From Dehalococcoidia bacterium (GTDB taxonomy: Bacteria; Chloroflexota; Dehalococcoidia; Lucifugimonadales; VXLM01), in the NCBI GenBank assembly GCA_034423035.1, contig DAOUJF010000011.1:9238-73237 (forward strand): DNA of 64,000 bases, in the 5' to 3' direction. Shown here piece by piece: positions 1-7,313 of this stretch. The position numbers and the translations under genes were made by a program. The number at the start of each line of letters is the position of its first letter. Positions within the stretch are counted from its first letter, which is position 1. Below the pieces are notes generated by a model. That model did not search any database, had not been told where the DNA came from, and worked only from the letters and a program-made list of their open reading frames with translations.

Positions 1-45
1 GACAGGGGTAGGCAAAACGGAATTGCAGCTACGATCCGGCCCCGT

Positions 46-362
46 CTCTCTGTCATTCCACCGCAACTCTGTCATTCCGAGCGCAGAGAGGAATCTAAAA
101 CCCATAACAGAAAGACCGGACAGCTGGCGACATGCTTCTGTCGTGACCAAGAGCGAAAACAGCGTAAGAACTCTCTATGTCAGCTTTACGTTGTGACAGA
201 CACTTTAGATTCTTCGACTCCGCTGCGCTCCGCTCAGAATGACAGCGGTGGGGTTGCTTGCAGGTTTATGGAGAGTAGATGGATGGTCAAGTGCCTACCC
301 CTGTCAGCCCCCGGCGGGAGAGAGATTGTAGACCTTCGTCGCTGCGCTCCTCAGAGTGACAG
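46..362. repeat. Cluster of REP-like palindromic elements (GTCATTC...GAATCT / AGATTC...GAATGAC family)
   Basis: ctctgtcattccgagcgcagagaggaatct (67-96), agattcttcgactccgctgcgctccgctcagaatgacag (207-244) and a degenerate copy at 329-362. A near-identical copy sits at 58048-58089. Confidence 0.75.
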
Positions 363-486
363 CAGAAAGACAATTCCTGGATATCTCTCAGCAACTCTGA
401 ACAGCAACGGGTAAGGTCCTTTGCTGACGCATTTACGTTAACAAGTGTAGAATAGGCGACCATTCACGACTCCCAGGAGGGAACCC

Positions 487-2076
487 ATGACTTCCAAGCC
501 AACCATGATGTTCTACCACGACGGGCGACATCCGCTCATATATATGTACGAGCCGCCTATGCAGGTGGCGGAGTACCAGCAGGCCGTCGACGAGCTGATC
601 GGCACGCCCATTCAGGCCATCAACTTCTGCATGGGCGACGGTCGCACGGTCCTCCACGACACCAAGGTCGGAGAGTTATGGGGCGACAACCAGGACCGCT
701 GGGCGCACATCATCTTCCGGCGGGCGCACCAGAACGCCAAGCACCTCATCGAGACCGGCAACGACCCCCTGAAGATCGTGGCGGACCGCGCCCACGAGAA
801 GGGCTTCGCCTTCAACCCCGTTCTCCTCGTGCAGCAGGGCAGCGGCGACCCCGAGACGGATACCAGGGGCTCGACATTCCGGTTCACGCACAAGCACCTC
901 GACATCGGCGCTGCCGGTGACGTGCCCGAGAGCTTCAAGGGTTTTCAATGCGCCGACTTCAAGCACGACGTGATACGGGACGAGCGGTTCGCCATCATCG
1001 AGGAGACGCTGCAGAACTACGATTGCGACGGCTTCGAGCTACAGATGAACTACCAGCCATACTACTTCCACCCCAACGAGGTGGAGGCCGGCATCCCGAT
1101 CATGACCGACTGGATACGGCGCGTATCCGAGGCCGTGAAGGCCAGCGGCGCAGACAGGGACCTCATCGTCCGCATACCGGCCAGCGTCAAAGGGTGCCTC
1201 TCGGTCGGCATGGACGTCATCGACTGGATCGAGCAGGACCTTGTGGATGTGATAATCGCGCAGGACTTCTCCGGCCCCGAGTTGCTGTCGGGCATGTCCA
1301 ACTTCCGCGAGCTGGTCGAGGCCACCGAGGGCAAAGACACCCGCGTCCTTGCCGCCATCCAGAGCAACGCTGATACCGACCGCGTCGCTCAGGGCACCAT
1401 AGAGATGGTACGAGCCGCCGCCACAAACTTCTGGATGCAGGGAGTCGACGGACTCTACCTCGCCCACTGGTTCGGAAACTGGCCCTATCAGGCCGACTTC
1501 TACGAGAAGCTCCGGGAGATTCCCTACCCCGAGGTCATGGAGACGAAGGACAAGATATACTCTCTCCCGACCATCTCCCAGCGCTACCAGAACCCCGACA
1601 CCGAGCCGGGACTGTCGATGCAGCTCACCCGCGACCTGCACGAAGGGGAGACCGAGACGTTCACTCTCATCATCTCAGACGACCTGCCGAAGTGGGACGA
1701 CGTTGGTCGCATCCACAAGGTGCTCCTTCGTGTCCGCATCATGGGCATGACCGAGCTCGACGAGATCAGCTTCAAGCTGAACGGCAAGACGCTGCCGGAC
1801 TCCTCGCTCCGCAAGATAAACGCCCTCTACCGCATGAGCGCGCCGAGGTACCGGGTAGGCTCCGGCTACTGGTTCATCTACGATCTCGACAGTGAATACT
1901 GGCCCGTCCGGGGAGACAACACCCTCGAAATCACCCACGACGTGGTGGACAAGGTCCCGCTGGAGCAGACGCTCGTGCGGGATGTTGAACTCGACATTCG
2001 CTACCTGATGGGCAAGAACTACCACCGCAGCCTCGTCGACGACGAGCTGGGGCCGCACGAGATATCGGCGGAGTAG
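487..2076 (+). CDS. Family 10 glycosyl hydrolase-like (GHL10/DUF187-type) TIM-barrel protein with C-terminal beta domain
   Basis: 529-aa ORF with GGAGG RBS. N-terminal YHDGRH...YEPP motif and DGFEL and GVDGLYL barrel motifs. Clear paralog of 2442-3953. No signal peptide. Confidence 0.7.
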   Translation: MTSKPTMMFYHDGRHPLIYMYEPPMQVAEYQQAVDELIGTPIQAINFCMGDGRTVLHDTKVGELWGDNQDRWAHIIFRRAHQNAKHLIETGNDPLKIVADRAHEKGFAFNPVLLVQQGSGDPETDTRGSTFRFTHKHLDIGAAGDVPESFKGFQCADFKHDVIRDERFAIIEETLQNYDCDGFELQMNYQPYYFHPNEVEAGIPIMTDWIRRVSEAVKASGADRDLIVRIPASVKGCLSVGMDVIDWIEQDLVDVIIAQDFSGPELLSGMSNFRELVEATEGKDTRVLAAIQSNADTDRVAQGTIEMVRAAATNFWMQGVDGLYLAHWFGNWPYQADFYEKLREIPYPEVMETKDKIYSLPTISQRYQNPDTEPGLSMQLTRDLHEGETETFTLIISDDLPKWDDVGRIHKVLLRVRIMGMTELDEISFKLNGKTLPDSSLRKINALYRMSAPRYRVGSGYWFIYDLDSEYWPVRGDNTLEITHDVVDKVPLEQTLVRDVELDIRYLMGKNYHRSLVDDELGPHEISAE

Positions 2077-2141
2077 GGGGATTCACGTCCCTTCTCTGTA
2101 ACCCTCTCCCGACGGACGGGGTAGAGACCATAGACAGCATA

Positions 2142-2170
2142 AGGGCCCCACTCGCATGAGCGGGGCCTTT
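2142..2170 (+). terminator. Intrinsic terminator hairpin
   Basis: aagggccccactcgcatgagcggggccttt inverted repeat downstream of the 487-2076 gene. Confidence 0.6.
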
Positions 2171-2187
2171 GCGTAGCCCCGAAATCC

Positions 2188-2305
2188 GTCATTCCGAATG
2201 AAGCGGAACGGAATCAGGAATCTAATACCAATTCGTTTTGAATACACCATGAATTGGCCGTGATACAGCCAACTCGCCCGTCATTCCCGCGAAAGCGGGA
2301 ATCCA
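2188..2305. repeat. Two REP-like palindromes
   Basis: gtcattccgaatgaagcggaacggaatcaggaatct (2188-2223) and cgtcattcccgcgaaagcgggaatcca (2279-2305). The second has inverted relatives at 24186-24212 and 58158-58185. Confidence 0.7.
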
Positions 2306-2441
2306 TCGGACACGCTAGCAAGAATACGGCCTCATCACACCCAATTGGTATGAGGTCTATATTTTTCAAGCGGAGTCCCGTAGCTGGAACGGCGAGATTG
2401 TGAAAGGCGCGCGGAGCCGGGAGCGGTTGCGCGCATACTGC

Positions 2442-3953
2442 CTATTTCTTGGGAGCCGGACTCAACGCAGACGGATAGCTGCCATACTCGATAGTGATCT
2501 CGACGCTTTCGACCGTGATGCCGGCCTCGAGCCCGGGAGGTCTCTCGTCCAGTGACACTGCCAGGACGTTGTGCCCCTTGCGCGGGCGTACTTCGGTCAG
2601 ATCGAACTCCAGTACCTGGGCCGAGTACGGACTCACTCCCGGCCTGGGGGACCTGAGGCACCTCTCGCCTTCAAGCGACGCCCCATTGAGCAGGAGCGTG
2701 AGCCGGTCTGCGGTCACCAATTCAGCGACGGTGAGCGTGAGCGCGAGGCGGCGTATGCGCTGAGTCTCTCGCTCGATGTCGTCGGAGATGTAGAATGGAA
2801 TCTCGTGCAACTCGCCCGGACGCCCGAACGGGGCCTCCAGCGGCAGCGTGACGTACTCGCAGCCGACCCTGTCGGCGTCTTCATTCCGTTTCCGCAGGCT
2901 ATAGTGCTTGTCTCCTCTTCTGAGGGACTCGGCATCGCCCAACTCCGTCAGCAGCGCACGCTGGTCCGGACCGAGCGGCCAGGGGAGAAAACAGGTGAGG
3001 AGGCCGTCAGCCCCACGGTCGAGGTAGTTGGCGGCCGCGGCTCGAAACATGCTTGTCGTCGCGTACTCTCTGTGCCCTGCCCCGGACCCGGAGTTCAAGA
3101 ATGGGGGAAGGGGCGGATAGACCGCCGTGTCGTTCGCGTGCGCGGCCTCGACAACCCAGTCCAATGGCAGGTCGGGATCCAGTTCCAGGGGGTAGTAGAA
3201 TGCCGCTGGCACCACGAAGTCCAGCAATCCCTGTCCCAGCCACGAGCGCACGTCGAGGCCTCGGTCGAGATTCATCTCCTCCGTCGGAAACACCTTCGCG
3301 CCCACAGCAAGGCGCCCGTTCTGCTTGCTGCCCACCATCGAGGCGGTCCTGCCGACCAGCTCGGTCAACAGGGGTATATTTTCCCGAGCCTGCTCACGCC
3401 GGAATAGGTCCCAGGACGCCGGAGGAGCTGAGAAGTCCAGCTCAACACCGTCGATGTCGTACTCGCAGACCAGCTCCTCCACTATCGAGAAGAGCAGGTC
3501 CCTTACCTCCCTGTGACCCAGCATGTCGCCTCCCTGCGACCCCATGTGGCTGGGGTCCGAGGGGTCCAGGGTGCCCATCCGTAGACTGGCGATAAACTCC
3601 ATGTTCTTCTCGTGCGCCCGGTCAACCAGGACCTTCAACGGGTCCAGTCCCCGCTGCATCAGGCTCTTCATGTTCTCCCACGCCCTCCAGGTAGAGGCTC
3701 CATAGAAAGGGCTCCTCGACATCATGGTCGAATACGGCCCGCTTGCCGTGCGCTCCACCGCGCCGAACTGGCTGCCGACCTTCGTCGGATAGAACAGTCC
3801 ACCGCAGGAGACGCCATACACGAAGGTGTCTACGGCCGTACCGGCTACTTGGTCCACCGGAAGCCAGGCTTCTTCCATCGTCATCGGAGGCTCGAAGACG
3901 TACAGGTAGTAGTGGCGGGCATCGTCGAGGTACATCGTGCGTTGTCTTCTCAC
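2442..3953 (-). CDS. GHL10-like TIM-barrel protein, paralog of 487-2076
   Basis: 503-aa ORF with YLDDARH...FEPP, IDGVELDF and GADG motifs. Same C-terminal beta domain (LTLLLNG...GHNVLAV...VEITIEY). Confidence 0.7.
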   Translation of the reverse strand: MRRQRTMYLDDARHYYLYVFEPPMTMEEAWLPVDQVAGTAVDTFVYGVSCGGLFYPTKVGSQFGAVERTASGPYSTMMSRSPFYGASTWRAWENMKSLMQRGLDPLKVLVDRAHEKNMEFIASLRMGTLDPSDPSHMGSQGGDMLGHREVRDLLFSIVEELVCEYDIDGVELDFSAPPASWDLFRREQARENIPLLTELVGRTASMVGSKQNGRLAVGAKVFPTEEMNLDRGLDVRSWLGQGLLDFVVPAAFYYPLELDPDLPLDWVVEAAHANDTAVYPPLPPFLNSGSGAGHREYATTSMFRAAAANYLDRGADGLLTCFLPWPLGPDQRALLTELGDAESLRRGDKHYSLRKRNEDADRVGCEYVTLPLEAPFGRPGELHEIPFYISDDIERETQRIRRLALTLTVAELVTADRLTLLLNGASLEGERCLRSPRPGVSPYSAQVLEFDLTEVRPRKGHNVLAVSLDERPPGLEAGITVESVEITIEYGSYPSALSPAPKK

Positions 3954-4216
3954 GTCGAACTCCTTGTCAATTCGGAGACCGCCTCCGGGCGCGTCTCGAC
4001 GCCTGTGCGTCTTCCCTTGCGGCAGGCGAGGATGAGTGGGTCTACGTCGAACTCAGCGATGGGCTGGAAGTTCGATACTCGCTCCCTGGAACAAGAGCAG
4101 TTCGCTCTCCACAGAGATTTCCAGGTGTTGCCCTTCGCTGAAACAGAGCGCGCCTTGCTGCTAACCCACTCTGGAATATTTGAATCGATGCCAACGACGA
4201 TACCGTATGACATGAG

Positions 4217-4292
4217 CTGCCTAGTGGGCAAGAACTACCACCGTCGCCAGGTGGACGACGAGCCAGGGCCGCATGAGATAACGTCGGAGTAG
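4217..4292 (+). pseudogene. Orphan 3-prime remnant of a GHL10-like gene
   Basis: Encodes CLVGKNYHRRQVDDEPGPHEITSE*, matching YLMGKNYHRSLVDDELGPHEISAE* of 487-2076. I count 13 mismatches in 76 nt. No matching upstream coding sequence. Confidence 0.8.
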
Positions 4293-4351
4293 GGGGATTC
4301 ACGCCCCCTCTCTGAATCTCTCCCCAAAATGGGAGAGACGGAAATAAAGGG

Positions 4352-4385
4352 AAGAGTCCCCGCTCGTCGTGAGCGGGGACTCTTC
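4352..4385. terminator. Likely bidirectional terminator hairpin
   Basis: aagagtccccgctcgtcgtgagcggggactctt, homologous to the hairpin at 2142-2170 and located at the 3-prime end of the 4413-6800 gene. Confidence 0.65.
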
Positions 4386-4412
4386 CTTAATCTACTTAGC
4401 TCGTTGCGTCGA

Positions 4413-6800
4413 CTACTTGCTGTCGTCGAAGAAGAAGTCGGCGTCGAGGAAGCTCACGCTGCGGTAGAGGTTCGAGCGGTTGCCAGGATGGTTGAGGTTA
4501 TCCTCACCGTCCTCGAACGAGTAGTTCCAGCCCGCGAATCCGAAGATGTCGCGGATGTGAGTCTTGGGAACGTTTCGCATGTTGTTACGCTTGAACACAA
4601 TGCCCCGCGCCACGCCCGTAAAGGCCACGGTTGGGACGTTCCATATCTGCTCGGCCATGTTCCGGTAGATCATTTTACCGGCCTCGGCTCGTTCGGGAGA
4701 GAACTCTGGGTGCTGTCGCCCATCGAGCCAAAGCTGGGCGTTCTCCTGGAGCTTCCCGGTCGGGTCCGCCGCGAAATTGTTGGTAGGAGCCAGAGGCAGG
4801 AAGTTAGGATCGGCACCGGGAGCCATGCCCTCCCTGCCGGACGTTTCGTACCACGCCCCAATCGCTTGTCCAACCGAGTGAGAACGCATCAACGGCGAGA
4901 GCTCGCCCCCCTCCAGCATCCACGGATTGTAGTTGTAGGACGAGGCCGTGAACGAGAGATACTGTTCACCCGCCCGCGCGGTGTTCCGTCCGTTTCTGAT
5001 GCCAAATTCGATCCCCACCTCTTCCAATTGTTGCTTCATCAGCTCCAGAGTCTGGATGTAGGACGAATTATTGGTATTGCCTGTGAACAGGAGAGTGAGC
5101 CGTTCACCGTCGGGCCTCAGCCTGAAACCATCGTCGTCCTTCGCCGACAGTCCGAGGCCGTCCAACAGGCGATTCGACTCCGCCGTGCTTTGTCGCGTGT
5201 GGAGGTCGCGGACCTCGTCGCCCGGATACCACGGGTTGTCGGGCCGCGGCACGAAGTTCTGTACGGCGCCGAGGCCGAGGAAAACCGTATCGTTGATGGC
5301 GGCGCGGTCAAGCGCGTACGAAATGGCCTGTCGGAACTCGTGGGTGCGGTTCAGCTGGCCGAGGTAGGGGTCTTCGTTCCATGTCTGCTGGATGCCGAGA
5401 CCTCGGTCGTTGCCGCCGAACGACGGCCACCGGTAGATGCTGTAGTCGCCCCTCTCCATGTTATTGATGTAGAGCGGTACGTGGCCCAGGTTGTTGTTGT
5501 ACGTGATCGGCTGGTCGTTCTCGCCCGACATCTTGCGGAACGTTGCGACCTCGTTGCTCTCGTTCTGGTACATCCAGACACCGTCGACATAGGGAAGCTG
5601 GTTACCCTCGGGGTCGAACGCCCACGAGTAGTGGTTGCGAGTCAGCTTGCCGATCTCCTTGCCCTGGGCGTTCTCATCGCCTACTCCGCCTACGCACATG
5701 ATCCTCGCGCACGGCGTATCGGCGCGAGACATGTCGTATGTTCGATATCCCCACCAGCTCTCAAAGCCCTCGTGCCCGTCCGCAGCCATCATCTGGTCGA
5801 CCTTGGCCTGTCCGACGATCTCCGGCATGAACTGCGATACGTGGTGCTTCGGGGTGAACCAGCAGTATCCGCCTACCGTGCAGATTGAACCCCTGTTCGT
5901 CCGCGCCTCCATGATGTTGTACACCGGAGAGTCGAATGTCAGGGTGAAGTTGAGATCATCCACTTTCGCCCAGCGGACGGGGTTGTCGGTGACGGGGTCA
6001 CGCCACCGGACGGGGACGCTGGGCTGGTACCTTGTCTCCTTGAGCGCGGTCCATGCCCACTCGACATCGTCCATCGTAAATGGAACGCCGTCCGACCATC
6101 GGAGGCCCTCCCGCAATCTAAACGTAAGAGTCCTGCCGTCCTCGCTCCATCCCCAGTCCCTGCCGACGAAGGGACGCCACGTGAAGCCGTCCGCCTCACG
6201 TTCGCCGAAGTTGGACAGCGCCTGCTCCGACAGGAATGTGAACGTCGTGCTCAGACGGCTTATTCCGCCATACACTCCAATCTGGTCGGGCGGCTGGGAA
6301 TACATGCGGTCTTCCGGTACTGGCACCCGGTCTTCGAGCGGTTCCAACACACCCTGCTTGACCAGCTCGGCCGACATCGGCGACTCGAAGAATTTCGTCG
6401 GCATGGGCCCGGTATAGTGCCACACCGGGAAGTCGCCCGGGGCTACTGCCGGAGGCTCCCAAGTCTGCGGGCTTGCCTCGGGACACGAAGTGACCTGTTG
6501 TCCCTCAATGTAGCAGGTGGCCGGTATGTTCGGCCTGGCAACCGGTGCAGGCGCCGGAGGCGGGGGCGGCGCGGGGGCTGCCGGTGCTGCCGGGATAATC
6601 GAAGGCGCCTGGGCAGGCGCTGCGACAGGGGCGGGAGCCGGTGCGGGGGCAGGCGCGGGCGCAGGAGCTGGGGCAGGAGCCGGTGCAGGCGCGGGCGCCG
6701 CTGTGTCCGTATCGTCCTGGTCGCTGCTCCCGCACGCGAACAGGCCAAGGGACATCACCAATAGAACTGCAATGAATCCGATCACATATCGCTTTTGCAT
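4413..6800 (-). CDS. ABC transporter substrate-binding lipoprotein, family 5 (peptide/nickel-like), with Pro/Ala linker
   Basis: Lipobox LFAC and (PA)n linker. Family-5 motifs TFRLREGLRWSDGVPFT.DDV, DPEGNQLPYVD and FRQAISYALDR. Confidence 0.85.
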   Translation of the reverse strand: MQKRYVIGFIAVLLVMSLGLFACGSSDQDDTDTAAPAPAPAPAPAPAPAPAPAPAPAPVAAPAQAPSIIPAAPAAPAPPPPPAPAPVARPNIPATCYIEGQQVTSCPEASPQTWEPPAVAPGDFPVWHYTGPMPTKFFESPMSAELVKQGVLEPLEDRVPVPEDRMYSQPPDQIGVYGGISRLSTTFTFLSEQALSNFGEREADGFTWRPFVGRDWGWSEDGRTLTFRLREGLRWSDGVPFTMDDVEWAWTALKETRYQPSVPVRWRDPVTDNPVRWAKVDDLNFTLTFDSPVYNIMEARTNRGSICTVGGYCWFTPKHHVSQFMPEIVGQAKVDQMMAADGHEGFESWWGYRTYDMSRADTPCARIMCVGGVGDENAQGKEIGKLTRNHYSWAFDPEGNQLPYVDGVWMYQNESNEVATFRKMSGENDQPITYNNNLGHVPLYINNMERGDYSIYRWPSFGGNDRGLGIQQTWNEDPYLGQLNRTHEFRQAISYALDRAAINDTVFLGLGAVQNFVPRPDNPWYPGDEVRDLHTRQSTAESNRLLDGLGLSAKDDDGFRLRPDGERLTLLFTGNTNNSSYIQTLELMKQQLEEVGIEFGIRNGRNTARAGEQYLSFTASSYNYNPWMLEGGELSPLMRSHSVGQAIGAWYETSGREGMAPGADPNFLPLAPTNNFAADPTGKLQENAQLWLDGRQHPEFSPERAEAGKMIYRNMAEQIWNVPTVAFTGVARGIVFKRNNMRNVPKTHIRDIFGFAGWNYSFEDGEDNLNHPGNRSNLYRSVSFLDADFFFDDSK

Positions 6801-7212
6801 AGGTATCTATCCTTTCTGGATACTCAATCCGAACCACTTAGCCGAACTGCATTCCGATACCGTACTCCATAATGCACGACGTGAAGGATGGCGCACAGTA
6901 TACATATTTCTGCGGCAATACAAAAGTTTCCGTCGTTGATGGTACGCTCATGTTCTAGAACCTGTCATGTGTCTTAGAATCGTTAGGCGAATTGCTGACT
7001 TTTCATGTGCAAGAGCGGGTCGATACTTGGGTCCAAGACGCCCGGAGCGGACCGAAAACCGCTCCGCACTCTTCGGTCGTAGTAATTATCGATGGGGGCG
7101 AGGAGACTCAATGAGTTTTCGACGAAACGGGAGCGGACTGCGGACAACATGAAAGCGGTTTCCGCATGGGGTTCCAGCTCGCATAAATGCGTTCAATTCG
7201 GCGCGAGACGCA

Positions 7213-7242
7213 TTGACAGCGCTTTGGACACTATGCTAGAGT
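7213..7242 (+). promoter_or_regulatory. Sigma70-type promoter for the 7314-9728 gene
   Basis: TTGACA (7213-7218), 18 nt, then TAGAGT (7237-7242) preceded by a TGn extension. Confidence 0.45.
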
Positions 7243-7313
7243 CGCTCGGAATCGGCCTGAATGGATGGGTTCGCGAAACATTTGGCTTTAATTGAAGAAT
7301 GAGGAGGAATCGA

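Noticed and set aside
193-414. 73-aa ORF, and similar ORFs at 20100-20498, 32423-32917, 44240-44557 and 58005-58214
   Set aside because: They are translations of REP palindromes (LDSSTPLRSAQND, SWFDKLTTNG, LDTGLRRYD), with no RBS or family motifs.
3612-4292. 226-aa ORF
   Set aside because: It overlaps gene 2442-3953 antisense. Only the last ~25 codons are homologous to anything, and these are recorded as a remnant.
4329-5888. Long antisense ORFs (also 7419-8918, 10756-12183, 21419-22678, 54841-56691, 58330-60528)
   Set aside because: Shadow frames of well-supported genes on the opposite strand, typical of high-GC DNA.
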